Below, one piece after another: positions 48,986 through 62,779 of a DNA stretch of 64,000 nt. Numbering within the stretch: position 1 is the first letter of the stretch; each line of letters opens with the position of its first letter. The notes beneath the pieces are model-generated. The model searched no databases, was not told the origin of the DNA, and was given only the letters and a program-made list of their open reading frames with translations. Source of the stretch: Takakia lepidozioides (lineage: Eukaryota > Plantae > Bryophyta); contig CM060732.1 of the NCBI GenBank assembly GCA_030704615.1, forward strand, positions 67,766,001 to 67,830,000, read 5' to 3'. A program made the position numbers and the translations under genes.

Positions 48986-50900
48986 GTGTGTCACCGCCTT
49001 AGGAACGCTCTCCCTTTCTGGAGAACTTTTTGCAGTTCGATGCTTGTCCTCACTTGGATTTCTTGTGGCTATCAATTACCATGGCTTTTAAGGCCACCTA
49101 CTAACCCATGGATTGGCAAGAATCATGCCTCAGTTTTTAAATTTTCTTCATTTGTGACGGAAGCAATCGCAGCTTTAGTTTCAACTGGTGCTGCCGTGGT
49201 CTCTCCCCTTAAACCTTTCTTCTGCTCATCTCTTGGAGTTGTGCCCAAGGCCAATGGAAAAATTCGGTTGATTCTTGACCTTAGAGTTCTCACCTCTTTT
49301 CTTTTTATACAAACCTTCCGTTTTGAACACATTCCCTCAATAGAATCCATTTGTCACGTCAATGACTATATTTTTACCTTCGATCTTAGGTCTGGTTACC
49401 ATCATATTGACATCCACCCCGCTTATTGGACCTTATCTCGGTTTTGAATTTAGGGGTATCTATACATTCTGCTTGCTACCTTTCGGGTTAGCTACCGCAT
49501 GTTCTGTCTTCACAAAAACCATGAGACAAATGGTTCGTTCATGGCGTTTTCACGGCTTCCGGTGCATCCCATACCTAGATGATTTTCTTTTCACCTGCCA
49601 GTCACCTTCTGAATTTTATTCTACTAGATATCAGATTTTTTTGGATCTCCGATCAGCTGGGTTTTTAGTGGTCTGGGATAAATGTCAGTTGCAATGCTCT
49701 CACCAAACAAACTTTTTGGGTTTCACTATAGACACTTCAGCTCCTTTTGGTCGCTTCTCGAATTCTCGATTCTCGTCAAGATAAATTAATTAATGCTATC
49801 CAAAGATGTCTTAAACTTTCTAGATGCACTTCCAGACTTTTAGTTTCTATCCTAGGCATGTTATCTTCTATGGCATTAGTTCTAGGACCCCTTTGTAGAT
49901 TATTGACCTTCCACCTTCATGCAGATTTGTTGACTAGATCAGGTTGGCAAGGTTTCATTACTTTATCAGAGTTGGCTCGGACTGAACTCTCCACTTGGGT
50001 TTCTCTTTTTGACATTTTAAACTCAACTACAATCTGGCCTGCTAGTGTGCGCAAAAGAATATTATTCTACGATGTAAGCGCCACCGGTTGGGGGGCGTGG
50101 TTTCAAGATCCACATAATTCTGAGCCACTCCATTTTCACGGGTCCTTTAGTTTTGAACAATCTCATGCTTCAACCTCGTCCACTTGGCGAGAATTATTTG
50201 CGCTTTTCTCATTTTTAGATGCTCATGGTCGCCTCCTTTCACAATCTTCTGTAGTGGCTATGGGTGACTTGTTAAACGTCTTTCACATTTTTTGTCCGGA
50301 GGCTCTCGCCATTTACATCTACATAATTTATGTTTTCAAGTTTTTCTTTCTTGTTTCAAACACTCTATTAGACTAGAACTCCAGTGGATCCCTAGATCTG
50401 AAAATGAATGGGCTGATTACCTTTAAAAAATAAGAGACTTCGATAATTTTTCTCTCTCCCCTAATAATTTTGCTTTGATCGAATCTAGATGGGGTCCCCA
50501 TCATGTAGATAGATTTGCTAACCCCATAAATAATCAACTTCCTGAATTCAATTCTTGGCATTGGGTTAAGGGCCGTAGTACAAGTCCCGATGCTTTCACA
50601 CATGATTGGAGCCTTACAAATAATTATTGTTTTCCTCAGCCATCCCTAGTTTCTTTAACCCTTAGGCATGCTTCCCAATGTCATGCTTCTATGTCCATGG
50701 TGGTGTTCGAACGGCAATCAGCACCATGGTGGCCTCTCCTACGAATCTCCACGGAAGTATGGGCCAATTTTATTACAAATTTCATTTATTTTCCCAAGGG
50801 CGGTGACACACTAGATCAAGCTTCGAGCAACCTGGATGCTCTAAATCAGCCATTCTCGCGGTTGACAAGTTCAATATACGGTTTACGTTGCGAATTCTAA
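48986..50900 (+). pseudogene. RT, RNase H and DIRS methyltransferase-like domain, frameshifted
   Basis: LGVVPKANGKIRLILDLR, DLRSGYHH, LPFGL, YLDD; YDVSATGWGA, SSTWREL; WGPHHVDRFA, DAFTHDWS, YCFP, PWWP. Confidence 0.88.
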
Positions 50901-50928
50901 CCAAGATATGTGTCTATATTTTCCAGAT

Positions 50929-51580
50929 GTTCTCGCTTCAACTGAATGGGCTACCAGATCTCTTGTTGATCCAGAGCTTCAAACCTTGAAGCGGCAAATG
51001 TTTTCAAATAATATTTCTAAAGTTCGCGCCCTATCCACCCTGAAAACTTACACTAGTTAAGTTCGTCAACTCATGTGGCATGAAATATTAATTTTCCCTT
51101 CACACATGCGGCTTTTTATTCAGAAGTCCAAGACTGATCAGTATAGAGCAGGCACTTGGGTATTGATTGCCCGCTGTCCTGTAGCACTGATGGAACGTCT
51201 ACTTATACTATGAAACTATACAACCATAAATGGTTCTCAAGGTGGCCTCTTGCTATGAGGAATTACTGTTAGTAACCAAGGGAAATCTATGTGCTTACGA
51301 CGTTGTGCATCTCTTATTCAACGCTTCGGGACTGGTTCAGGTTTTGCCTTGTTGCCATAGGTGAAGATCCACAAATGTTTGGCACCCATTCTGATCGCGC
51401 TGGTGGTGCCTCTCGGGCTGCAAACTCTGAAATCCCTGATAGACTTTGCAAAAGTCATGGAAGAATTTGGAAATCAGAACTGGCAAAAGATGCATATGTC
51501 ACCGCTGATTTAGATCACAAATTATCCGTCACTAGAAAGCTAGGTTTAGGGCCAAACGACGATGTTGATGAGCTTCGAGT
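50929..51580 (+). pseudogene. Tyrosine recombinase, internally deleted or degenerate
   Basis: HSDRAGGA (H-x-x-R), HG(R)W-like HGRIWKS, and catalytic Tyr in AKDAYV. Confidence 0.82.
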
Positions 51581-52440
51581 GGGAAGTGCAGGGTGGGTTG
51601 CGCTAGCTGCAATGGAAGATGAAGAGTTCAAGAACATAAAGTTCTTTCTTACTCAGAAAGGCTGCGAGTATTTTTGAACCAACTTCCTCTTCTATCAGTC
51701 AACGTGTATGACGATTCCATTTTTAAGGAAGTCCAATTATGTTATTACAAAATGAAAAATTGTAACGATTGAAATAAGTGACAATTTAAAGTTCGTAGTA
51801 AATAGTACTTGATAAACTTAAAAAATTTCCTGTCAAAGATTTGTACCAAATGACTGTTGACCAGGTAGGGGGAAAGTGGGAAGGTGTGGGAGTGGGATGT
51901 AGTTACGGCGATATGATGATAGAGCTTTGACTGCAGCTGGATCAGCAACTGACCAGCTACTATAAGAGATCTACTGGCGCATCAAAGAACTATCAGCAGA
52001 TTTTACTTCTTTGTGCCTCCTCGCTACCTGACTTATTATCCCACCCACCCAAACCCCTGGAGTAATTTTTGTAAACTGATTTTGGAGTATCGACCCTCAT
52101 GAGGTGAAGAATCTTGCCTCCCTTTGGAGAGGGCCCACAACTTGGCCTAATGGCATGGTGCCATTCTTGAGCTTTAAGTTATTTTTATTATTTTTCTTCT
52201 TTCCTTTCTCTAGGCTTCTTTATGGGGCATTCATGCCTCATCTTTGTTGTTTAAACACTTTGAAGTAAAAATTGCAATTCAATTCAGTCAAGGTGTATGA
52301 CGATTCCATTTTTAAGGAAGTCAAATTACGTTACTACGAAAGTCTCAAATTTATCCAATATAACCTAATAGAAATTCAGCCACTGAAATATCACATAAAA
52401 ATAGTTAGATGGCAAAAATTATGGATGAAGCACTATGGAC

Positions 52441-52606
52441 CAGTGTTGGACTGCTATGTCCATTTTTTAATACCTAGTCCTGGTGTCAAGGGTCCCACCC
52501 TTTCATACCGGGCTGGTATAAGTATCTATATAGATGAGCAATTTGGGTATGAGTTTGGTATGAATATTTATATTTTGGGCTGTATATGGAGTTTGGTATG
52601 GGTATC

Positions 52607-52640
<34 letters not shown>

Positions 52641-53591
52641 ATATTGGGGTATATGAGCACTGGTATGGTATTTCATCCACATTAATATCTCGCGTGATGT
52701 CAAAAACTATTTTTGAGTCTCGATCACTAAGCTCGCTGATGCTGATCTCCTGGAAACAGATCTAGATATAATTTAAGGTTTATGGTTATTCGAGTCTACT
52801 ACCATTTAGTCCTACATCTTAATCCCTGCATACACATAGGTGCCTCACGTGCCCTAAGAGCCTTCATGAAGGCGGATTGTTTGCTGCATGGCCAAAGAGA
52901 ATATTGCTACAATCCGCAGCCACTACTTTGCTCATTGAAGGAGCCGCACCCTACTGCAGCATAGGTGCAAAAACCTAACGCCATCCCCACATTCATACCT
53001 AGCTCTGTCCACCATAAATTGCCTGCAATACTGGTATCGTGACCACACTGCCCAGACTGGTATGGTATGTGTGGGGGGAAATCCTAAAGACACACATGGG
53101 TACACTAGGTTTTCCATACCTGACTGGTATGTTCATCAATAGGGTAACTGTACCTATCATTGCACAAACCCCTATCATCACACACCCCGGCTCTATCATT
53201 GTGCACCTGTGGACAGCGCAAACCCCTATGATTGCGCATCCCAGCGCCTATCACTGTACAACGTTGACTCGCACCCCTCGGCCGTGCTTAGGGGTTTGTG
53301 AATGGTGTGCAATGATAGGGGCATCGATACTTGGTTTTACGAAGATTATATAGGCTCGTTGTGCCCAACACTTCAATGCAGTGTATTGGGTTTTGTAAAT
53401 TTCGTAAATTGGGTTTTGAAGCCAACTTGCCAACCTCCCCCTAAGTCCAAATTTTGCACCATAATATGATCATATGAACAAGTTATGGCTTCTCAAAGTC
53501 TTAAATGGGCAGTGATAGGTACAGTTACCCTATATATATTCGTACCTGTATTCCACACCTAGGTTCAACCAAGTATACTAATCCAACACTG
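52441..53591. mobile_element. Non-autonomous hAT element
   Basis: TIR CAGTGTTGGA/TCCAACACTG; 8-bp TSD CTATGGAC at 52433-52440 and 53592-53599; internal GGTAT/ATACC motifs. Confidence 0.88.
53142..53530. mobile_element. MITE with TA target duplication, nested in the hAT element
   Basis: TIR GGGTAACTGTACCTATCA...TGATAGGTACAGTTACCC flanked by TA; internal CCTATCA repeats. Confidence 0.8.
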
Positions 53592-54468
53592 CTATGGACC
53601 TCAAATTTTGCTCAAATGTAGACTTTTTATATTCATTTTAAAACCTATCTCTCCAACTTGAATGGATGAAATATGTTGAAAACCTCATCATACATGGATG
53701 AAAAACATCCTCGATCGTCTAGTCTTACCCCGCATCTTCTCCTACACCATCACCTCAACAATTAAGTATATTCCCCATTCAAAATTTCATGAGCTCAAAC
53801 CCAAAAGAAACGAAGAGAATGGACAGAACTCTAAACTTCAATTGCTGCTTTCAAATGCTTTCTCACTGAGCATCCGCACCTTTACAAGCAAGGAATGTCT
53901 CTATTTGCTACACCCCTCTGAACAGTTAGCTTCAGAAGAGATTCTCTCTCTCCGACTCTATTTCCAAAACTAGAGTTTTAAGTACTTTCTCCGTCTGTCT
54001 CCCCACCATGCAAATCGACAGCTAGTCTGCATACAGATCAGATCTCAAACTACCTGCCGCCTAGTGTCTATGCACTGCGATCTTTCTGAGTCTAGCTGTC
54101 TATCGACCACACCCAGCTTCTGTTCGCACCAACACAATGTGTTCTCTCTTCCAAATCTAGCAGATCAAAACTTGTTTAATCAGACTACGTACGCTCAAGG
54201 AAACAATGTTCCTGTCCAAGTCAAGAGTTCGGTTGAAGTTGAAGTCGAGCAATCTGGCTCCAAAACTTCTCCTCTACTTCTCTTCTACTGTTTCCATTTG
54301 TCATCGATCCTGCCTTCGACCCTACAAGGCTGCAATGCTCTACAAAATTCAATTTTGACCTTCGAAACCACTTTCAAGTGCCTGCGAGAGCCAGAGAAAG
54401 AAACAGCTCTAGATTTAACATTCTCCTCGTTGATGTTCCTCAATCCTGCTGGCCAACCCAGATCCCTA

Positions 54469-55902
54469 TTAAGGCTTGCGATCCAAATCTGGAAGCTCTT
54501 CCATGGAGGTCCACCAAGCACGATCCTCGAGGGACGCAGGTGTGGCAGTGCGCGTCCGTGTTTGATTCTTGGTTGTTGGCGTGTCTGTGGTCACTTTTCC
54601 ATGATATTCTTCAGGTACCCAAACCCCAGTGACGGGGTCGGGCTTCCACCATGTCTGCTTGGTCGGTTGGGGGGCATCCTTGACACGAGCAAAATTAGCC
54701 TGGTAGTTTGATTGCTTCTCTTGAAGGGTCTCCCTCATGTTGTCGTTGGCAGCTGTCGATTCCTTCCCTGCCTTCTTGCCATCACTGGTGGAAGATTTTC
54801 CCTTGGCAGTGTTGTTTGAGTCATCAACTGGCGGTCCACTGTTCGCACCTTTTGTGTTCGTACTCATGGACCTCGGATCCCCCATGAATCTGCTGCCACA
54901 TTGCACGTAGTCATTGAACTGAATTCCTAGACCTAAGCACTCAAGCAATTCAACATTGCATATTAAAACTAACAGTTGAAGGCCCTGGGATTGCGCACTA
55001 TTTAAAGACTTGTGGGCACCTTAGATCACTCACTAGGTAAGCCCAATCAAAAAGCCAATGCTGGTGCTCGAGCTCTTTACCGAGACTTTACCATGGATCT
55101 AGCATGACACGAGGTGTTTCTAGATCGTTTTAAATTCTCTATACCGGTCAAATGAACGACCCTCGGTTGGGAACAAATTCTTCGAAGCCCGATGTACTAG
55201 ACAGATGCAGACGAGTAATTTGTGGCCTTCTGTACGCTAACAAAACGAAAAATCTGACAATGGTGAACAATAGTTTAAAGAGAACCCTTTTGTACTGCTA
55301 ATCCAATTCAGAAGAGCCTACACAGCGATAGAACACTGCGTTACTCAACTATGGAGACACGACCCTTTCCCATGGTGAAGTGTTCACATGGTGAGGCATG
55401 AGTAATCAATAGATCACAGAGACGATGACCACTGAAATGATACGACGAACCTGGTGACGATAAATCCAGCAGCTCGTTTGGATGTTAAGATAGGCGTGGG
55501 ATAAAAAAAAAAACAGCGGAACAGATCTACATCTAGACTATATGCAACTTAGCATTCAAATACTTTAATACTACCTCTAGCCCCGACCTCTCTCAACCTG
55601 CAACACATACGTGCAGAGATACGGCCCGGAGATTGATCATGGCGCCCGTGAACATGACAAACTCCTCTCTCACACACACTCTCAAGATATTACTCTTACT
55701 TTGAGTCAATCTGCATGGCGGAGGAATGGAGAAAACTGCAGGGAGTGGAGATATGGCAAGCGGCTTGAAGAAGGGGCCCTGACCTCTCCATAATTGTACT
55801 GATTCCATGCGCTACTCCAGTTTCCACTACTGTTGCGTTTCCTGCCATCCGATGCACGAGCCCTGACGTCGATGCTGCCCATTGAAGTAAAACCCTCATC
55901 AT
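54469..55902 (-). CDS. LEA_3 (LEA5/SAG21-like) protein; exons 55902-55784 and 54889-54469
   Basis: WWKPDPVTGVWVPE matches the LEA_3 W-x-PDPVTG motif; the GT-AG intron joins in phase (…IMER|FMGD…); transit-peptide-like N-terminus. Confidence 0.75.
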
Positions 55903-55977
55903 TGGCGTGGTTCAACAAGTCTGGAAAACAATAGAGCTCCAATAGAGGCAGGTATGTGTACATCCGTATCTTTAATA

Positions 55978-56278
55978 CTCGTCGAGCGATCCCAAAAAGG
56001 CTGGTGAAAGTATAAAGTCTACTAAAATAAGCTATTGAAACCTGCAGTCTAAAAGTTGGGGACCTCTTCTATTCTTGAGTCTCGAGAATGTAAACTTTCG
56101 CTCGCTTTGCCTCGGTAGTAACGAACATCAGATGTGCACAACAAGGCTCGTCGAGCGATCCGAAAAGGGCTGGTGAAAAGTATAACTTTCAGAAAAAGCC
56201 ATCCGGGCTTCCATTGAAACCTGCAGTCTAAAAGTTGGGTCTGTTGATGTAGTTCGCTCGCTTTGTCTCGGTAGTAAT
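55978..56278. repeat. Imperfect tandem duplication (offset about 170 bp) upstream of the LEA_3 gene
   Basis: CTCGTCGAGCGATCC...CCTGCAGTCTAAAAGTTGGG...TTCGCTCGCTTTG occurs at 55978 and 56147. Confidence 0.75.
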
Positions 56279-59200
56279 GTACATGTACACCGCACTGTAA
56301 TGCTCTCCTCCCTCTATTGTTCTAGGAACAAACAGTGCTTTCTAAATTGGGTGTTTACTGCCTTCTCCCTCTGGACTTTTGAACCTGTCCCCCTTCCTAA
56401 ATATTTCCGAAGGAAGGCCTCCTCTTTTACCCTGAAAGACTATCTGCAAGACTGAACAAAACTTGCGCTAGATCTGGTGTATCTATATTCACTCGTTAGA
56501 CGGTCCAATTCCTCCCTTTCCTCTCGACACCTCTCTTCCTAACGACCATCCCCCATTCTAGAATTTTTTCTAATAAACTCTACCCCTCCCTCCCACCCAC
56601 TCACTCAGGCCTCTCTTTCTCCCCCCTCCCCCCTCCCTTATCTACCCCCCAAAACTTAACAATCAGGCTTCTATGTACATACCCCTCCTTTTGTATCTCC
56701 CTGCAAGAACGTAGGAACGTCCCTCTTCTATGTAGCGCTCTCTCAAGCTTACGCAACCCTTCAGAGCGAAAGGTCGGAAAGGTCAACCCGCAGAGCCCCT
56801 TCCAATTTGTAATGGAGGAGACGCGACCCTGATCCAGAGATGGCACCCCTCGGATCTCAAGCTCATGAATGTCAAACCGATCGAGGTCTGAAAACGTTTG
56901 TCGTGGTGACGGACATCGATCAGTTCCCGCAAAACAGTTAATTGTCATCTGCAGGCAGGTATCGAAGTGGGTGCTCCCTGTGGCTCTCGCAGTTCTAGCA
57001 CGTGTCGACCAGCTGCCCCGGCTCGCGAAATTGTAGAGGGCCACCGCCGCAACGGAGTGAAGAGGCCCACACTCTTCCCTTCCTTGTCGCCGACTCATCT
57101 CTCTGCCTCTCCTTTTCCGCAGCATTTCAACACTCTCGGCACCACAACCGGCTGAGGCCCTGAGTCATCCCATCCAGCTCCAGATGTGTTCCGCCCTGTG
57201 GCCCTGCACCCAGGAGTTTCATGGATCCACTGCGCGTGTTTCACACATGTTGTCATGTCCGACTGGATGAATACGGCTGCAAGCATGGCATCCATGTGAG
57301 CTGCTGACAAGAGTAGGATGACGAAGATGAGTGTTTGTAACAGTAGACTTCTGGCTGTCAACGGAGTGATGAACAGTAGTGAAAGAGAAGGTGGCGGAAG
57401 CTTGCTCAGAGTGCAAGCAGTGATGTCCACTGTATCTTATGCCTGCCAAGCTCGAAAAACCAGTTTGGGCGGGATTCCACCAGACCATATCATGGAGGAC
57501 ATGAAGGACTTAACCATGCAGCTGCAAACTGTGCATGGCAGACACTGTAGGAAATTTAAAGTGGAGGAGTACTCATGCTATTGTTGCCGACGAGGACAGC
57601 AAGAGCTCGGAGAATTGGGATGTAATCATGAGTTATGCCTCCCACCTGTCGTGGATTGGTGAAAGGCATCTTTCGGGGAGTACGATGATGCCCGTCTTCC
57701 CCAAACCTGTCAATGTTGGGTATGGCGAATGTCAACTGAGCCCGACAATCTCGTAGAGCTCGTAGGGGACGGGTCTCAGTTGTGATTTCAGAGCTGGTTT
57801 TGCAGACATCAAACTAGAGAGTCTGATGTTGATTCACCACTGAATTTTAGAAGGAACAGTTCATATCTGAAGTCCGTCACATGATCGACGTGTTTGGTCT
57901 ATTGACAGTGAGAGAAATACAAATGCACCTACTTGGCTATTTGCAGATTTTGGTAAATGTCCCTGTCACAGAGGAAGGAATACTCTGTAACACTCAATCA
58001 CTATCCGATTCATACACGTTGGTGTGGCTGCGTCCTCTCCAATGGTGGTTACTGGAAGGGTGTGCCACTGCAGTGTTGAGTCATGACTACACTGGATTGT
58101 CTCTGATGAACGGGGATCAAATTCCCAAAACATGTAACCTGGGTAACTGTTGGAATTTTTTTCCTGAATTGACAGACGTGCGTTGGTAACATGGCAGGGA
58201 TCTTGCGTCACGACAATCTCTTATGAAGATCTTCACCCGAGCATGGTTGATGAAGATTGCACCCTCCATTGTGTTTCTCCTACCGTGTCATTGAGCTGCT
58301 CAAAATCGATGTGGCAGAGATGGGTCACTTTGAACAAGATCTGCAGGCTCAAAGATTCTTGAAATGAACAAACACTAATATAACATGCATAAACACAGTG
58401 CATTGCTCTAATGGCGGAGTTCAGGAGATCATACCCTGCCTACAGAAAGAAATGCGTGCCCTGACCGAGAATGCCATCTTCATAGCCTGCTTTTCAATGT
58501 TTGCCTAGAGAGCTGTAATAAGTAAACTGTTCCCTGTGAACATGATCTGTTAGGCAAGACTATTTTGTGCAGTCGTTGATTCAAATATACGTTGGGACGA
58601 ACCCGTTGTGAATGAAGGACTGGATCATGTTGCCTATCTGTGAGCAGCTGTTCATTGTTTTTCTCAAAAGGGAGCAGAATAAGAATATGCAGTGAGGGAC
58701 CGGATGAATCCTGTACAGGAGGGTCTTACTTTTGGTTGGACTATCAACAAAGATAACATCGTCAGAAGACAACAGGTCTCGTGTGGTCCCATTGCCATGT
58801 CAGTTTCATGACTGCCAAGAACATAAGGTGAAGCAAAACAGGTGAACCCCACTGCGGCAACCCCAATCCAACCATGTAAAGGGCTTAGAAATGGGCAAAA
58901 CTCTGTCACATTATAAATGGATATGTTTGGAAACATCTGACTGTAGGAATTTTCTATCCAAGGTATCCTTTCCCCTCAAAAATGAAAGTTAGGAAAAGGG
59001 ATTTTCCAAAATCCGGCTTCAATCTGCTGGCAGCATGCTATGTGTAAGTTAGGATTCAGGCCTACAATTTAATGTTTCAACATTACATTCTTGGGAGGAG
59101 GTCAAGCACAGAAAGTTACAGGGAAGTAAGAAAACAGGTTAGTATCACTTGGGGGTGCTTGAGATTCAATTATGAGTCTCATCTCTGGCTTCAATTTGAA

Positions 59201-59543
59201 AGCCTCTGAAGCTAAGGCTCCATTGGCATAACAACAAAAAACCAGCCTTCCAGTTCCCAGTTTGCCTCTATTTTCGGATCCTGTTGTTGAGTTTCTTTGA
59301 GTTTCTTTAACTGTCACTCGACGACTAATAGTCCTTCTGACCTGTCGACAATCCCCTTTGGCAAAAGGTTTTCTCTGACTTCACTGTTGCTGTGAGACTG
59401 ATAAGTGTTGTGATCAATGGAACCCATATAGAAAGAGCACAACTGACTTCTCCCACTTGTGACATCACTTGCCACAACTATTCTTTGACGACCCAAAAAA
59501 CGACACTTTGCCCTCCCACTTTCTTGCATGCCAGCTATGCGTT

Positions 59544-61775
59544 TCACCAGTAATCCCCACAAGAACAAACCCCATCTTGAACATGATGAAAGCGGTTGGC
59601 ATCCCGTACAACAACTGCTCGCCCGACAATCTTCGAGATGAACTTGGTGGCAGTGTGACAGTCACCACACACCCGAAGGTTCTTTGTGATGCGGAGAGGT
59701 GTGCCAGCTGGGGTGCTGATGAGCCCAAAAGCAATGGCCAACTTTTCACAGTGGTGACGAAGAGAGTATTCCTTCACCTCCTCATCCACATCGTGCAATG
59801 CAAAGCGGGTGTCAGGTACATACCCAGCCTCCTTCATCTGCCTCAACAATCTCTTCAGCTCTACGTGGATTTCGTCCATTTGCGGATGTAATCTGTCGTC
59901 CACAAGGAATGTATGCACCTGGTTTTCAATCTCAATGCAGCACCATGCTGGCTCCTTTCTGACACCTCTGTCTTCCATCAATTTTCTTACCTTTGCTTTA
60001 TCATCCCACATGCCAGCTGCAGCATAGATGTTTGAGAGCAGCACATACGTTGGAGAATGCTGTGGATCCTGCTTGATAAGGCATCTTGCCGCATGTTCTG
60101 CTAGCTCCACCTTGCCATGAATTCTGCAGGCACCAAGAAAGGCCCCCCAGACCGAAGCATCTGGTGCAATTGGCATATGGTTAATAAAGTCCTCTGCCTC
60201 ATCCAGTCGCCCTGCACGACCAAGGAGGTCCACCATGCAGCCAAAATGCTCCATTGTGGGACTCAGGCAATGATCTCGACCCATGGAATCAAAGAATTGA
60301 CAACCTTCATTTACTAAACCCACACGGCTACATGCAGAGAGAAGACTTGTAAAGGTGATACCATTTGGCTTCAATCCCTCCAGTTGCATTTCGTCAAATA
60401 GTTGGAGGGCCTCCCTACCACACCCAAGTTGACCGAATCCTGCGATCATCACATTCCATGAGACCACATTTCTTTGAGCCATATTGTTGAACACTTGACG
60501 TGCATCCTTCAGGATCCCACACTTGACATACATGTTAGCAAGAGCAGTCTCCAGAATGACATCTGGCCCAGTTGCAGCTTTGATCATATCAGCATGGACC
60601 CCTTTGCCCTTTTCCAGGGCTGCCAGGCTTGCACATGCATTGAGGACGGAAATGAATGTGACATTGTCAGGTGTCACGCTTTCCTGTATCATTTGCTCAT
60701 ACAGCTCCAACGCCTCTCTACCACACCCATGCCGAGCATACCCTGCTATCATTGTAGTCCATAAGACAACATTTCTTTGAGCCATCTTGTCAAACACTTG
60801 ACGTGCATCCTCCATGCTTCCGCATTTGGAGTACATGTCCACAAGGACAGACTGAAGAATAATATCTGGTGCAATTCCAGCTTTTCTCATGTCAGCACAG
60901 ACCTTGTTGCCCTTTTCCAGGGCTGCCAGGCTGGCACACGCGTTGAGGACACAAATGAAAGTCACCCTACTAGGCATCACGCCTTCCTGTACCATTTGCT
61001 CATAGATCCGCAATGCCTCCTCACCACACCCATGCTGAGCATATCCTCCGGTCATGGCGTTCCATGACACTACATCTCGTTGACCCATAGTGTCAAACAC
61101 TTGACGAGCATCCTTCATGCTCCCGCACTTGGCATACATGTCGACAAGGGTATTCTGCAGAATAATATCTGGCACAATTCCAGCTTTGCCAATGTCAGCA
61201 TGGACTTCTTTGCCCTTATCCAGGGCTCCTAAGCTGGCACATGCATTGAGAACACAAGTGAATGTGACCTTGTTGGGAGTCACCCCTTCCTGTCTCATTT
61301 GCTCATATAGCTCGAAAGCCTCCCTACCACGCCTATGCTTTGCATATCCCGCTATCATTATCGTCCATGTAAACAAAGTCCGTTCAGGCATGGTGTCAAA
61401 TACTTGACGTGCATCCACCAAGCTCCCACACTTGGCATACATGTTGATAAGGATGTCAAGGAGAAAACTGTTTGGTTTGAATCCACATTGGCTCATGTGG
61501 GCATGCACTTGCTTTCCCTCTGCTAGGCCCTTCATGTTGATGCACTTCTGCAAGAGACAGACATAAGTATTGGAGTCTACTGACACGCCTTGTTGGTTCA
61601 AAATGTGAAGTGCTTCTTCCAGTTGTCCTGCTTTACAAAGTGTCCTGACATCCCCGCCAGTCCCGGAAGAGTTAATGTTCGTTCCCTCTCTTGGTCCTCT
61701 TTCAGCCATGATCATGGTGTAGGTGACTGATTCAAACAAGCGTGCCTGATCCAAACCCTCCATCCTGCATGACAT
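59544..61775 (-). CDS. PLS-class pentatricopeptide repeat protein with E and DYW domains (organellar C-to-U RNA editing factor)
   Basis: Repeated P-L-S triplets ([16 protein letters not shown]), HCEKLA and RVCGDCH deaminase motifs, terminal CSCGDYW. The true start may lie in an upstream exon. Confidence 0.96.
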   Translation of the reverse strand: MSCRMEGLDQARLFESVTYTMIMAERGPREGTNINSSGTGGDVRTLCKAGQLEEALHILNQQGVSVDSNTYVCLLQKCINMKGLAEGKQVHAHMSQCGFKPNSFLLDILINMYAKCGSLVDARQVFDTMPERTLFTWTIMIAGYAKHRRGREAFELYEQMRQEGVTPNKVTFTCVLNACASLGALDKGKEVHADIGKAGIVPDIILQNTLVDMYAKCGSMKDARQVFDTMGQRDVVSWNAMTGGYAQHGCGEEALRIYEQMVQEGVMPSRVTFICVLNACASLAALEKGNKVCADMRKAGIAPDIILQSVLVDMYSKCGSMEDARQVFDKMAQRNVVLWTTMIAGYARHGCGREALELYEQMIQESVTPDNVTFISVLNACASLAALEKGKGVHADMIKAATGPDVILETALANMYVKCGILKDARQVFNNMAQRNVVSWNVMIAGFGQLGCGREALQLFDEMQLEGLKPNGITFTSLLSACSRVGLVNEGCQFFDSMGRDHCLSPTMEHFGCMVDLLGRAGRLDEAEDFINHMPIAPDASVWGAFLGACRIHGKVELAEHAARCLIKQDPQHSPTYVLLSNIYAAAGMWDDKAKVRKLMEDRGVRKEPAWCCIEIENQVHTFLVDDRLHPQMDEIHVELKRLLRQMKEAGYVPDTRFALHDVDEEVKEYSLRHHCEKLAIAFGLISTPAGTPLRITKNLRVCGDCHTATKFISKIVGRAVVVRDANRFHHVQDGVCSCGDYW

Positions 61776-62779
61776 ATACACTTTTATCAACCTCTACTTA
61801 AAACTGAAAAAAATCAATCTCACAGCTTCTAGACTTTTCATACAAAGATTCTTTGAGGAGGACAAACTCGGACAAACTCGGTGCTAAATATTACAGAAAA
61901 CAAACTAACGCAATGACTTGGAAAATAAACAGACCATTCTGTATTAGATCATCATCAAACGAATACCTTTTGTATTCTTGGCCTGAAGCTCGATTGTGTA
62001 CATCACATTTAGAACCATCACCATATTGTGCTCGACCCCAGATCATGGCAGGCACTTCTGCTTTTGCCGAAGGAAGGTTTGACCACCCCTCAATCTGATG
62101 GTCCTCGATTGCTTGCTTACCTCTGAAATCCGGTGGTCTTGTACTTTTCTGTGAATACACCATACAACCACCAAATCTTCAAGAATCTTTCACAGAGGGA
62201 AAACCCTACGGACCACATATGGTGCCCTTTCCCGGAAAAGGGCAAAATTTGTCTTCAATTTGAGCAAGTGGAGATACGATCTACTCCATTCAAATGCCCG
62301 CTACAACTGCGTGCCCTGCATGACAAACCCTTTCACATTGTAAATGCTCACAGCCTCACCTTATAAAACCTGTTGTCCCACCAGTGTAGAGGATCGGAGA
62401 GGAACTCCTGCCAGACCCATTCTTTGTTCATTGCACCTCCCTGCCCTCTAGGAAGCCTATCGACATTGAGTGGACTTGAAATGGGAGTACATAAATGTCT
62501 CTGTGATTAAATGCCGGCCTTGCGACCTCATGTCTTGGTTTGTTTTGACCTGAAGCACTCTGCTTTGGGTAAGGTAGTACATTGGATTTAGTTGGAGAGT
62601 CTGGGGCCTCTCCCTCTTTAGAACATGTCTACGTGGGCCATTCCCTGCAGCTCCTTTGGAGTGGTGATCTCTGAATGGTAACAAGCGGACCCCTACCGCT
62701 TGGGGGCAGCCCCTCCGCCCAAAATGGGCAGTTGCATGCTCTGTCTAGCATGCTCGGCACTTGGGCTAGGGTTGGTCCT

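Larger units (their letters stand above)
47280..52341 (+). mobile_element. Tyrosine-recombinase retrotransposon (DIRS order, PAT-like) with split direct repeats, degenerate
   Basis: A1 47280-47568, B1 51695-51751, A2 51752-52040, B2 52284-52341; gag, RT, RH, MT and YR in order; no protease or DDE integrase. Confidence 0.88.

Noticed and set aside
50475-50900. Link between the DIRS MT domain and the MULE cargo methyltransferase
   Set aside because: Different motif sets and different elements; the MT domain is a standard DIRS/PAT component.
56300-59400. Short ORFs and possible decayed gene fragments between LEA_3 and the PPR gene
   Set aside because: No motif or consistent exon structure I can support.
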